From Eimeria praecox (Eukaryota): a stretch of DNA of 64,000 nucleotides. Every line of letters starts with the position of its first letter. Positions within the stretch are counted from its first letter, which is position 1. The stretch spans positions 9,300,001-9,364,000 of the forward strand of contig OY986946.1 of NCBI GenBank assembly GCA_963920595.1, in the 5' to 3' direction. The notes beneath the pieces were generated by a model. The model saw only the letters and a list, made by a program, of their open reading frames with translations. It was not told the DNA's origin and did not search any database. Position numbers and translations under genes: made by a program. This document shows positions 24,415-40,248 of the stretch, one piece after another.

Positions 24415-24529
24415 TTCTTCCTATCTCCCTTTTAACAGGATGCTTTCCGTCGTTGCGTCTAGCGTTAATAGCGGCACTTGGGAGAGTTCATGGCTAGCGA
24501 AAATAGCAGGACTTGGGAGCGTGTGTGCC

Positions 24530-24601
24530 GCCTCCTTAGCTTAGTGGTAGAGCGTCAGTCTTGTAAACTGAAGGTCGTGGGTTCAATTCCCATAGGTGGC
24601 T
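24530..24601 (+). tRNA. tRNA-Thr(TGT) copy 13
   Basis: Same cloverleaf, T-loop TTCAATT. Confidence 0.96.
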
Positions 24602-24678
24602 TTCTTCCTATCCTTTTAATAGGATGCTTTCCGTTGTTGCGTCTACCGAAAATAGGAGCACTTGGGAGCGCATGCGCC

Positions 24679-24750
24679 GCCTCCTTAGCTTAGTGGTGGA
24701 GCGTCAGTCTTGTAAACTGAAGGTCGTGGGTTCGGTTCCCATAGGTGGCT
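24679..24750 (+). tRNA. tRNA-Thr(TGT) copy 14 (likely impaired)
   Basis: D-loop AGTGGTG and T-loop TTCGGTT (the invariant A58 is G, damaging the B-box). Confidence 0.75.
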
Positions 24751-24828
24751 CTCTACATCTCCCTTTTAATAGGATGCTTTCCGTCGTTGCGTCTAGCGTA
24801 AATAGGAGCACTTGGGAGCGAATGCGCC

Positions 24829-24900
24829 GCCTCCTTAGCTTAGTGGTAGAGCGTCAGTCTTGTAAACTGAAGGTCGTGGGTTCGATTCCCATAGGTGGCT
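24829..24900 (+). tRNA. tRNA-Thr(TGT) copy 15
   Basis: Same cloverleaf, T-loop TTCGATT. Confidence 0.96.
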
Positions 24901-24977
24901 TTCTTCCTATCCTTTTAATAGGATGCTTTCCGTTGTTGCGTCTACCGAAAATAGGAGCACTTGGGAGCGTATGCGCC

Positions 24978-25049
24978 GCCTCCTTAGCTTAGCGGTGGAG
25001 CGTCAGTCTTGTAAACTGAAGGTCGTGGGTTCAATTCCCATAGGTGGCT
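24978..25049 (+). tRNA. tRNA-Thr(TGT) copy 16 (D-loop variant)
   Basis: D-loop AGCGGTG, T-loop TTCAATT. Confidence 0.9.
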
Positions 25050-25126
25050 TTCTTCCTATCCTTTTAATAGGATGCTTTCCGTCGTTGCGGCTAGCGAAAA
25101 TAGGAGCACTTGGGAGCCTCAGCAAC

Positions 25127-25198
25127 GCCTCCTTAGCTTAGTGGTAGAGCGTCAGTCTTGTAAACTGAAGGTCGTGGGTTCGATTCCCATAGGTGGCT
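25127..25198 (+). tRNA. tRNA-Thr(TGT) copy 17
   Basis: Same cloverleaf, T-loop TTCGATT. Confidence 0.96.
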
Positions 25199-25311
25199 CT
25201 CTACATCTCCCTTTTAATAGGATGCTTTCCGTCGTTGCGTCTACCGAAAATAGCGGCACTTGGGAGAGTTCATGGCTAGCGAAAATAGGAGCACTTGGGA
25301 GCGTGTGTGCC

Positions 25312-25383
25312 GCCTCCTTAGCTTAGTGGTAGAGCGTCAGTCTTGTAAACTGAAGGTCGTGGGTTCGATTCCCATAGGTGGCT
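25312..25383 (+). tRNA. tRNA-Thr(TGT) copy 18
   Basis: Same cloverleaf, T-loop TTCGATT. Confidence 0.96.
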
Positions 25384-25461
25384 CTCTTAATCTCCCTTTT
25401 AACAGAATTCTTTCTGTCGTTGCGTCTAGCGAAAATAGCAGCACTTGGGAGCATGTTGGGC

Positions 25462-25533
25462 GCCTCCTTAGCTTAGTGGTAGAGCGTCAGTCTTGTAAAC
25501 TGAAGGTCGTGGGTTCGATTCCCATAGGTGGCT
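25462..25533 (+). tRNA. tRNA-Thr(TGT) copy 19
   Basis: Same cloverleaf, T-loop TTCGATT; followed by unique flank. Confidence 0.96.
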
Positions 25534-25538
25534 AGGGA

Positions 25539-25544
25539 TTTTTT
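25539..25544 (+). terminator. Pol III oligo-T terminator (T6) after the last tRNA-Thr
   Basis: TTTTTT begins 6 nt after the discriminator of copy 19. Confidence 0.8.
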
Positions 25545-26139
25545 CCCCCCTTGAGAAACAGTATGCTCCACATAAATAGACAGGTGTATATCTTTATTGT
25601 GTGTGTATACATATATATATGTAGTGTTAGGCAGTTCTTGATAATGGGATTTTTCAGGAAGAGCATTCTTGGTGCATCTTCCATTTAGGATGGTTCAATA
25701 GTAACCGGTGTTAACCTTTGTGCAGTGTGCGTTGAGCGGCTTTGGACGTATATTTTTCAAGTTTATACATTCCGCATTCCTCAGTACTTTAGGTTTGGAT
25801 GGTTCTTAAGGTTCAAGAAATATAAAGAGAAAAGGCTTAGGCTCTTTGCCCCTACGGGAGCTTCAGGCTCGTCTGTGGAGAGCGCCAGCCCTAGCGAAGC
25901 CTCATTCGTAGCGGCGCTCCTGTGTCTCTTTTTAAATTGATCGCGGTGAAACTCTTACCCTTGGTTGGCTTCTATGTGTAGGGTGTCTGTCCCTTATTTC
26001 CACAGGCCCTAACGTGCCTGTGAATGGTTTGGCCGACAGCAACGGGCCCGAGCGTTTGCAGCCCCGCTGGGTAATCACGCGATCTCGTCCTTTGGTTTTA
26101 CTAGGTGCTGCAACTCTATTTTGAGACTCGTTATACGAT

Positions 26140-29100
26140 ATGATGGATGGTGACGGTGCCTTGGGGGCGCCTCCCGGGCCCCCTCAAGCAATACAGACAA
26201 CGAGCAGCGCTGCAGTTTCTAATTCTGTCGCTTTGACTCTCGAGTCTAACGAGACTGCTCGCACGTATACAGAGGAGGGGGTGGTAGAAATGGTGTGCCG
26301 CCTTAACTCCCCCCCCGCAGAGAAAGAAGGGGAGACTTCAACCACCGCTGCAAACGAATACCTTACGAACTTCCAGAAGGATTCCAGTGCCTGGGGCATT
26401 TGCATCTCAATTCTAAACAAGCATAGTCATCGTCATCAGGAGCAGCAGCAACAACTGTTTTCTTGTGGGGCCTACTCTCCCGAGGTCCTTCACTTTGTCG
26501 CCCAGACGCTGGCTGCCCAGGCGCGTGCGGGTTTCCCTCAGCAGTTGTCGGCCCTGTTAAGGGTACAGGGAGCCTCATTTGTCTCAGCTGCTGCTGTTGG
26601 GGTTAGCTCAATGGGGGCTGCTTTTCAAGTTTATGCGGAGCTACGGGACGGTTTGCTGCAGCTCGTGTTTGCCTTCAGAAATGCTCCCACACCTGTACTG
26701 CGTCAGTTGTGCATCGCGCTATCTTCGGCGCTTATCTTTGGTACTTCTACCGCAGCAGGGGCTTCTACAATGGCAGTGGGGGTTGGGGTGGGGGGGCTCC
26801 AGCTGAATCCTGTGCTGCAGACCCTTGGCCAGAAAGCAGGCAAGGAGGGTTTCTTGCCTCTGTTGGAGTTGCTCGTCTTACTCCCTGAGGAGTTGTGCTC
26901 CAAGCGGTGAGCATGAAGGCAGAATCTAGATCTGTTGTGTAGGACTAGGAGAATAGGACAGAGGGTTTAGGGTGTCTGGTGAGGCTAACTTCGTTGGGTG
27001 TGCGCCTTAGGATTGCCCTGCCAGAGGACCGGCGGCTGCCTTCTCTCGCGAGCTGTATAAGCAACAACTCCTTACAAGTGCTGGAGGCCATAGAGGCAAT
27101 GTTTTTGCAGGCACAGACTGCCATTGCTGGGGCAGAGCCCGAAGAAAGGTCACACTGGCGAGCCGTGCTGCATGCAGGTGAGGTGTTTGCTTGTTCTTCT
27201 CCCCATGGTGCTGGTGACTCCCCATGCGGCTGAGGAACAGCTGTAGCAGCAATACCTCCTTTTAGGTGTTGCTTGCTGCATTTTCATCTCTGTCTTCTCC
27301 CTCGTGCTGCACCCGCCTATATGCATGTGTGGGCTTGTTGCTGCTTCTCAGCTGTCCGCGCAGTACAGTCGTGGCTGTCGGCGGTTTGTTACTGGGTGCA
27401 GCAAGTCGACACGGAGCAAGACAGCCAGCAGCAGCAGCAGCATCAACACGGGCCTTGGGGTCTTTCTGCTGCTTTGAATGCCTTGTCCCTGTGCCTCCAA
27501 CGCGTGTCGGGGGGCCGACTCTTCTCTGCTCTGTTGTGCGGAGTGATCGCTGAGGATGCAGAGACACTTCAGCTGTCTACGGAGTGTGTAGTGGCAATCA
27601 TTGCTGCTGCGTCCTTGTTGGAAGAGTCAACAGCAGCAGCAGCAGCAGCAGCGAAGAAAAGCAGCGGCTTCACGGAGGGTTCCACTAAACCCAACTCGCC
27701 TGTGGAGATGCCGGAGGGGAGGGAAGGCAAGGAGGCAGTGTGTCGTTCGCTTATCGCAGCGATTGTTAAGGCATACGGCGACGGCTGCACCGCTGCATTA
27801 GCTGCAGCAAGAGGGGTAAGTTGATGCTGCAGCATGTGCCGCAGGAGGCGCTGTAGCGGCTGCTGCAGCTGTTGCTGTAGCGGCTGCTGCTGCTGCTGCT
27901 CCTCCTCCTCCTCCTGTAGCAGCTGCAGCAGACGCAAGCTCCTATGGTAGCTGCCTGCGGAGCATCGTATGCTGCTGTCCTCAGCTGTTGAAGGGCTTTG
28001 AGTGCCCTGTGTATTGCTGTGCTGCGGTGCAGCAACCCCGAGGTATAGCAGCATTTGACTTGGAGAGGCTGCAAGTGTTTGCGTTGGGCCCTATTGAATT
28101 GGCGAAGGTGCAGATTCCGCGGTTGTTGGTGGACTTGGCAGAGGACGAAGCAAGACTAGAGGAGGGGGAAGCAGGTATTAGGGAGGGAGAGGCCGCTGGG
28201 ACCGTAGCCCTAGCCCTGCAACCTGCTATAGAAGCCATCTGTGAGCTGCCGAGAGCTCTGCTGAGCCATCCCTCCTTCGAGGTGAAGGAGGTCGGCGTGG
28301 CTTTCTACCGCAATCTCTTGAACCACGTAGTTGTGCTTGTTGAGGAAGAAAGCCGTCTAAGGGCCTGGCGGGACCACTTGCGCGACGAAGCAGCAGCGGC
28401 AGCAGCAGCAGCAGCAGCAGCAGCAGAGGCCAGCGGAAGCAAGAAGGACTCAACTGCAGAAGCTCTGGCTGAAGTGGAGTGTCGGTACGAACGGAACATG
28501 GAGGCCTTGGCTCTCCGAGAGCCCGTGCTGTCGCGTATATTTCAGCCCTTCGCGGAGGCAGCAGTGCCGCAGCTGAGGCCCCCAGTAGGGGCCCTCCTGC
28601 GGGAGGAGATCGAGTTCGAGGCCTGGCAGAACTTTCGAAGTGAAGTGGCAGCCACAGTCACAGAGGCCGCTGTCTTGCTGGATATAGACAGTCCTTGCAA
28701 CGCCAGCGCCGCACAGCTCCTCAAGTTGCTGAAGGACCCCGAGGCAAGCTCGCCTGCCGTATCCTTTCGCATCCTCAGGTTGGCTGTCCCAGGGTCTCTG
28801 TGGATGCTGTGTAATTGTCTGTCTTCTTTTCTGATGAGCAGGAGACAAACAAATGTGATCCTCTTCAGGACCCCTCTCGTGTACTTACGCTGCGGATCTC
28901 CTTTTCTCGCAGACTGCTGCACGCCCCGAGGCGCTGCTGGACGTGGAGGCCCGTCTCTACTTTGTCTCTGCAGTCGCCAATCGCATCCGGCTGAGCGTGC
29001 CGCCAGGAGACAGAGACGGAGACAATAACGGCAGCAACAGCAGCAGTAGCATCAGCAGTGTTAATGCTGCGGCCCCCTGCGCAGACCCTGGGAACGACGA

Positions 29101-32100
29101 CTTCCTGCTGCAGCTGCTGCCGCTGCTTCCGCAGGTGGCCTTGCTGGCTCCTTCCAGTGCTCCCTCTGCCCCTCCCGTGGAAATAGCAGAGCAGGAGGCT
29201 CTGACTCTCTTCTTGTATGCAGGAGCAGCCCGAGCTACCTCTTGGCTCGCTGGCAGTGTGCTGCCGCTGCACCAGGAGTTGTTTGCTCCTCTCTTCTCTC
29301 TCCTCGTCACTCGCGCGCTGCAGTTCATAGCGTCCCTACCGGTACGTCTGTCACGTTTCCCATGAGGGGCTTCCTCCCTTAAACCAGCTAGCAGCTCCTG
29401 GCCTACCTGTCGTCTTCGGTGGGTGGGGGCATTACAGGCCTCTCCGCTGTTGCAGTGCCTTGTGAACGCGTAGCAGCAGGAGCAGGTTGAGGCTGTAAGG
29501 CGAGTGGGGGGAGCTGTCGTTGTTAAGAAGCCTCTCGCCAGGGGCTGCGATGAAGCTTCAAGCACATGCTCTCAACTACCTGGCGTTTATTGAATTGCAG
29601 CGGGCGCTGATGTCGGCGTGCTGCCTGTGCTGTTGTCTGTCTCGTGTGCCGGCAGGAGGCACCCAAGGACTCGAATGCTTCTCTGTTGCGTCTGTCCACT
29701 GAGGCGTTGCTAGTGGAGGGCCTATCTTCGCTTGTTGCTGCAGCTGCTGGCTTCATCCCCTCGCCGGGCAGGGAGGAGGACGTCCACGCGCTTCTGCATG
29801 CCCTCATAGGCGCTTTCTCCAGGCATGCACCCTCCCGCGGCCCCTCCGCTTCTCAGCTAGCCAGACGAGTTGCACAGACAACCACAGCCACTTGCGCATC
29901 TTGAGCTGTTGCTGCCTAGCTAGCTAGCTAGCTAGGTAGCTAGCTAGATAGCTAGCCAGTTGCGGGACAAGACCGGTGCACAACGAGTCTGATCCGCATC
30001 ATGTTTTGCGGTCGAGTTTCCTGAGGGAGGAAGCGTGCATGCGGCAGCCCCTTTGTCGTGAGCAAGTGACCGACTGGGGTGGGGTGTCGCAGGCCGGGAC
30101 TGAGTTTGGACAACAGCTCCTCTCTCGTCCATACAGCGGGATACGTAATCTCGTGTCTGGACGCTCCACGTATTCGCGTGCTCTTTGCACAGCTCCTCCA
30201 AGTCGGTGAACGCGAGCAGTTCTGTCTGTTAAGCTCTTTCTTGTGGCTGTTCTCCCTTTCAGTATGCACTGCCTCGCTTGCGTTGGTTCTGGTTTTTTCT
30301 TTTTTTTGTGTTTCTCCTTCTTTTCATCTTTTCCTCTTTCTTGTGCAGAGGTTTCTGCATCTTCCTCACGAAACGTCTGTCGTTCCACCGCTCAGAGCGT
30401 GGCTTATGTTGGGTTGAGAGGGTCCGTGTAGCCTGGCACACGCATGCGTTTCAGCCATGTGCTTGGGACTGTGTTTGGCTGCGCATGCATGTATGCATGC
30501 AGTCGCTGGGGAGCGAGCTAGACCGGTCCTTGTCGGATCCATGTTGCCCTAGCACCACCACGAAGCGGAATTTGGGGCTTTTTTTCTCAGCCTTGCAGTC
30601 AGTGCAGCCTGCTGAAGACTACGCGCCTCCACCGCCTTCCCAGTCGTTCGAACCTCTGAGCCGTGAGTAGAGAGAGGTAGCGGGGGCCCTTGCCAGTCTC
30701 CCGGCTTCTCCCCAGGCTTCGAGTAGAACGGCACCTGCAAACGTATACAGTATTCTAGGCTTCCTGTCTGGCCGTCTCTGGCCTTACCGTAGGGCGTAGG
30801 GGCCATATCCAAGCAGCAACAGTCTAGCTAGCTAGGACGGCAGCTGGCTGCCTTCCTAGTTTTGGTAGGTGAGTTATGCTGGGCTTTTGGGTGGCCCTGC
30901 AAGGCCCTGTAGTTGAGCGTGGGAGAGAGCGATGTGTGGAGTGGTGGGTGCACAGCACGCAGCCCTTACCGGCACCCTGTCTTGGACGCGGTGGAGACGA
31001 ACTGGCCCACCATAGAGAAGGCCATGACGCAAGGCCCGAAGAGCGAGTTTCTTTACGAGGTCTCCTGCTACTCCCTGGTGGCTCTCTGCGCAAACTGCAG
31101 AGCCCACATCCCGCGCTATCGGTAAGTGGGGTGCAGCGTAGGCGCGGGGATTGTTGTTGGGAGCTACAGGCTCTTCTGCCCCCTTACATGCATGCAGGGT
31201 GGTTCTATTCCAGCTTAGAGAGGGTCTGGATATTCGTATCTTGAATGCTGTTGCCCGAATGGCCCGAAAGACGTGAAATAGGCTAGCGTTGCCTCTCCTT
31301 CGGCTTCAAGGGGCCAAGCCTGTCTCCTCCGACTGCTTATGGTCTCTGCCTCTAAGCAGTGGGCTGTGTTTGTGCGCATGTATGTGTATGCATGCGTAAG
31401 TGTGTCTGTGGGTGCGCTGCTGTGTTCACGTCTTTGTTTGTAGGCTTTTGCGTGCCTATCTGTGCTGGCTTCTGTGGGTACGGGTGTGTGAGGGTATGGA
31501 TGTACGTGCATTGGCGCGCGTTATCGGTGTATATTCACTTCGTATGTGTTTGTATGTATGCATGTGTATATTTGTGCGTATGCGGTGTTGGAGGTGCTGC
31601 TTGCGTGTAGGGGGGGATGACGGTGTGTGCGTGTGTTGTTGATGGGGCCTGGTGCATCTCAGGGTGTTTTATTCTTTTTTGCATGCACTCTGCTGCACCT
31701 TCGCGGAGTGCCCCACAGTCTACCACTTGGGTGCTCTTCGGTCGCTCCAGGGCATCTTCTCCAACGCTCAAGAAGCCTGCGTCCGCCGGGCGGTTGCCGC
31801 TGCCCTCGAGGGTTGCGTGGGGGCGACGCTGAGCAAAATCAAGGTGAGACGGATGCAGCATGCACAAGGAGACTGCTGCCTTCGACGATAACAGAGACAG
31901 TCTCGTACGGCTTAAGGAGGCAGGTCACTGTAGCGGATAGGTGCCCTTCTCGGCACGCTTTTGCAGCAAAAAGTGGCACTGCTGCAGCAATAAGAGGCCC
32001 CCGAGCTGCTGCACTTCTTACTGGTGTTGGGGACTTGGCGCCGTGGATGCGTCTGCGCCTGCTGGGCATTTCTTTGTGTCTTATTTCGAGTGTAGTTGAG

Positions 32101-32913
32101 GTTGATATGTCTCCAACTGTCTCCTGCTGTTTCTGCTTCACGGGGCTACGTTTAATTGGCCTCGGCTGTTTTTGCGTGGAAGTGGTCTGGTGCAGTGTAG
32201 TGTCTCTGAAGCAGTTTATTTGTACGCTGTGTCAGTTTACTTCTTTCTCTTTCTGCCTCCATTTGTGTGTTCTTAAGTTGTGTTGCATCATCCGGAGTGT
32301 CACGTGCAATTCCTCAGGCGGAGGGAGAGAAGTACATGTACAGCCAGCCCGACATCGTGGGGATTTCGGTAGACTGCGTGAACGTTGCCTTGCTGCACCC
32401 TCTAAGTGCAGAGGCCATTGTGTCTTCTTCTTGGTTTGAATCCCTTTCGGTGGCAGCCATTCAATACACCCCAACGTGCCACCACCCGAAGGTAAGCTCC
32501 ACCTGGCAGCACCTGGGGGGCGGGTCTGTTTGCCTCTGAACAGGTTTAGCTCAGCTAAATGGAGGATACACAGCGCATGCGCATGGAAAGCCTTTATGCA
32601 TGCATGCTTCGATTCAGTTGTGTGCATGCACGCATGCAGTGGCGATTGGCTTTGTCCCTTGTCTTCCCCGTGCTTGCTTCTGCAGGTCCTTCACACCTAC
32701 ATTGTTTTTCTGTCACGCCTCGCTGCCTGGGCTGATCCGCCCTCAATTCTGCATTGCTATCAAGTTGGTGAGTTCTTTGGGGGGAAGGACTGTAGCCTTT
32801 GCACGCGTTGAAGCACTTGTGAACATGTACCTCATCGCCTCTATAAACACAGCAGACCACATATTCTGCATGCACTGCACGCCTGCGCTTACAATCATCC
32901 TTGCCTCTAGAAA

Positions 32914-32988
<75 letters not shown>

Positions 32989-34097
32989 TAGGGATAGATA
33001 TAGATATAGATAATGTATGTATAAGGGAGGGTTGGCATGAGGGCTGGACGTGTTCCATTCCTCTTCCCTCACTGAACGGGCGTCGAGGTAGTTGGATATG
33101 CGCCTCAGTGTGCTTGCGAATGCGTTGTCGAAACAGTAGTGTGGCACACGAAGCCATATTGTCCTCGTGTTATGTTGTTTCTCTTCTGGCTATTGTGGGG
33201 TTGGTTTGCAGGGGAACCGATCCCATGGCTATCTAAGATGGCGGAGGAAACATCCTCTGTCGTTTTGTCTCTCCTTAGCAGGCCCTTCCCTAGGGACCCC
33301 TCGTCAGCGGCAGGGGTGGAGCAGCAGCAGAGCACCTTTCTGGCAAGAGCTGTTGCTGCAGTCCTTATTGCACTTACCAGCGTGCATGCAGCCCCACAAT
33401 CCTGGATCGGAAGTGCCGCCCAAACGCTGCTGCCTCTCCTTAGACACCCTGTTCTTCGGGCCCCCACCAAGAAGGCCCTCGAGACAACCTTGCAGGTACC
33501 CCCCAGATGCACCTCCCCCCGTCAAGCTGTTGCTGCTGCTGATGGGTGTGGCTGCTGCTGTTATATTTGCTTTCTCAGTTACTTCAGACCCTATGTCTAG
33601 CCTTCCTGCAGCTGCACCATCCACAAGGTGCTGTGGCTTGGTGGCTTGTGCGGATCCGGGCCATGATCTGCATGCTGCTCTCAAGGAGGCGCTATGTGCC
33701 TGCACTTGCATGCGTGGCTGTAATTTGTTTCATTTTCTTCTTTTATTCGTCTCGTTCTTTCCATATAGCTTCTTCCTTTTGCTTCTTTGTTTCCACGATG
33801 AATGAGATTGCGTAGATGCTTGTGATCGCGTGTATGGGCCTGCTTGCGTATGGGTGGATTTGTGTATATACTTGTTTGTATACTTGTGTGCTTGTGTCTG
33901 TAAGTGCTTGCGTGCATATTTGTCTGCATAGGTCTGTGTGGATATACTTGGAGATAAGCACTTCTCTGTAAACATTTTTCGTGTATAATTGTGCTTACAT
34001 ATTGGTGTTTATATATTTCTGTGTATATATTTGTGTATGTATTCCTCTGTGTATGTATGCCTGTGTGCGCACATTTGTATGGATATTTGTATGCATG

Positions 34098-34173
<76 letters not shown>

Positions 34174-34422
34174 ACATCGTATGTATGTATTATTATAGAT
34201 TTGTACACATATTAGAGTGTGTTTGTTTTTGTTTTGTGGTTGCAGTCTTTGGACAATCGCATAATGGACGAGCAGCGAAAGCGGGACTTTTGCTGGCGGT
34301 GTACGGGTCTCTTGACTGTGCGGGAGATGTGTCAGCTGCTGCAGCAGACAGCAGATGACACTAAGGCCTCCTACGTCCGCAGTCAGTTTGCTCTTGGTGG
34401 GGCCTCCAGATCTGTTCAGTAG
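26140..34422 (+). CDS. Transportin-3/Mtr10-like importin-beta family karyopherin, 14 exons
   Basis: N-terminal AANEYLTNFQKDSSAWGICISIL...EVLHFVAQTL, then VLRQLCIALS, LLELLVLLPEE, WQNFRSEVA, VEARLYFVSAVA and HPVLDAVETNWPTI, which match TNPO3/Mtr10 HEAT motifs. Phase-consistent exons: 26140-26906, 27011-27177, 27364-27815, 28033-28758, 28913-29341, 29656-29822, 30093-30201, 30503-30662, 30956-31121, 31663-31843, 32318-32491, 32686-32767, 33212-33495, 34246-34422 (TAG). Importin-13 cannot be excluded. Confidence 0.85.
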
Positions 34423-35536
34423 TCAGTCAGTCACTCCCCCACGGCCCAAACTTTCGCAGCGAGAGGCCAGCAAACAGTATAGACGCAGAGACACAACAGT
34501 GGCTGCAGGAGCAGCCTGTGCTGCCCCTCCGGAAGCTACTGGTGCCGCTGGGGCAAAAGCAGTTGCTGCAGCAGAAACAGTTGCTGCAGCTAAAATAACT
34601 GCTGCTGCAAAACAGTTGCTGCAACAAAAACTGTTGGTGCAACAAAAGCGGCTGCTGCAACAAATACAGTTGCTGCAGCAAAAGTGGATGCTGCAGAAAC
34701 AGCAGCAATCTGCTGCCGCAGGAATGCCTGTAGGGCTTCGTGGCCGTGGCAGTGTAGTCCTATGGCTAAGGGCCACTATGCCTTCTATTGGGATTTTCCG
34801 CTTATTTGTTTGTGGCGCGGCATTGCCTCCTGAGGTGTACAGACATCGAACGACGTTTTATATATTATGGCGACGGTTGGACGCATTTCTCCGCGTAGTT
34901 GAGGCAATTTAAGTTTGTAGGAGCGAAAACAGAAACAGAAGCAAAGCAGCTTGAGCTGTGCATACACCGCAGGAGAGAGTAAACGGCTGTAGGCCAGTCC
35001 CTCAACTCTTACTGACACTTCCGCCTCCAAACTCCTGCGTCTAAGCAAAGGCCATTAGACAAGGCTATGCTGTCTACGAAGTGGAGGCCTGCTGCTGTCA
35101 TGGCGGCGGCTAGCAAGCTGGGCAGCAGCTAGCCAGTTAGGCCGCCGAAAGAGCTAGCTAGCTGGTACTCACTCAACAAGCTAGAACCAGCAGTCAACCC
35201 GACAGCGTGTCGCGCAGACAGGAGCTGCAGAAGCTACATCAGCTGCCTGACTCTGTTTGCTTAGGGAAGCTAGCTAAAGAAGGACAAGGAGGACAGGCTC
35301 TCTTGGCTAGCTGGGCGCAGCTGGCTAGTATAAAGTAATTTGTAGTAGGAGTGCCTAGCAGACTATGACGGAGTCTGGCTGCATTTGTGTAGAAGGCCTT
35401 TACACCTCCGTAGTGCTGTAGCCCAAAGAAAGCACAAAGCCTTTGAACAGACTGACTGCAAGGCCGTCTGTCGCTTGTCAGCACCTGTCAGCCTCGGGGC
35501 TGCACAGGAAAAATGTGGGGAGCAGCAGCGGCTGCT

Positions 35537-39266
<3,730 letters not shown>

Positions 39267-40248
39267 GTTTGGTGTGTATAATATTGAGTAGCAGCAGATA
39301 AATCTAAATACCAAACAGCCGTACACCGCGGGCTCCTTGAACAGCAGCAGAAACAACCACTACAGCTGCAAATATTCGGCAGCAGCAGCAGCAGCGATAC
39401 TTCCAAGATCACCTCCCAGCAGCAACAAAAGCAGCTCCAACAGCAACACCAACAGCTGCAACGGCAAGCGAAGAAGACCGCGCGAAATAATCAGCAGCAA
39501 ACAGCCGCAAAACCAGCAGCAGCAACAGCAGCAGCTGGAACACCGAAAAGCCGCTGAGAACTGCTCTACTGATACATCCCCAAGAAGGGCAGCAGGCAGA
39601 AGTTAGATGTCTTGAAGAAGAGGCAGCAGCAACAACAGCAGCAGCACCTAAGGCAAAGCTTCGGCAACGCCCCGCTCGCTGCCGGTGTACGTACACCCCA
39701 ACAGCAGTTACAATTTTATCTGCAACAGCAGACTCCCGCAGAGGACTCCTACAACCGAGCGAGTCCCCAACAACAGCAAAAAAAATAGCCGCAACACCAG
39801 CAGCAGCAGCAGCAGCAGCAGCTACCAGCAGCAAGAAGCACTCTATGCTGCAACCGCGGCAGGCAGCAGAGTGGGGGTCAGGTATACGTTGTCGTATCAC
39901 TTTTTGGTCTCTACCGATGTTTATTTATATTCCAAAAGTATTTCCAAGAATTAAAAAAATCATAAATGATTGCACAAACACAACAAAGAAAGATACTCCC
40001 GATGGCCCCGTGGGGCTTCCCTGCCTCTTCGTCCAGCCCCTACAACAACCCCGCGGGTAACTGCATGCGTGGTGCAGGATTCTCCTGTTGTTGTCTGGTT
40101 TCTGTGGTTGTATGTTTCTTTTTTTAAATTATTTTTAATATATACAGTTACTATTTTTATTAATTTTAATAAACGTTCATTTCAGTTAATTCACTTTTCA
40201 TATCGGCCGACACCCCTGATAACACCCCGATACAGGGGTTGAATGTTG

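Larger units (their letters stand above)
22495..25544 (+). repeat. Tandem tRNA-Thr(TGT) gene array: 19 genes plus 1 relic, units of 149-150 bp or 184-187 bp
   Basis: 72-bp gene plus a conserved spacer of about 77 bp. Longer spacers after copies 5, 9, 12 and 17. A 486-bp higher-order trimer occurs at 23558, 24044 and 24530. Confidence 0.98.

Noticed and set aside
22426..25535. Repetitive ORFs (RLLSLVVERQSCKLKVVGSIPIGG)
   Set aside because: These are translations of the tRNA-Thr units.
22495..25544. CRISPR-like repeat-spacer array
   Set aside because: The repeats are 72-bp tRNA cloverleaves, the spacers are homologous to each other, there are no cas genes and the host is eukaryotic.
34355..34912. 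185-aa Ala/Gln-rich ORF after the transportin stop
   Set aside because: Built from a degenerate 18-bp CAG-derived repeat in the probable 3' UTR; no recognisable domain.
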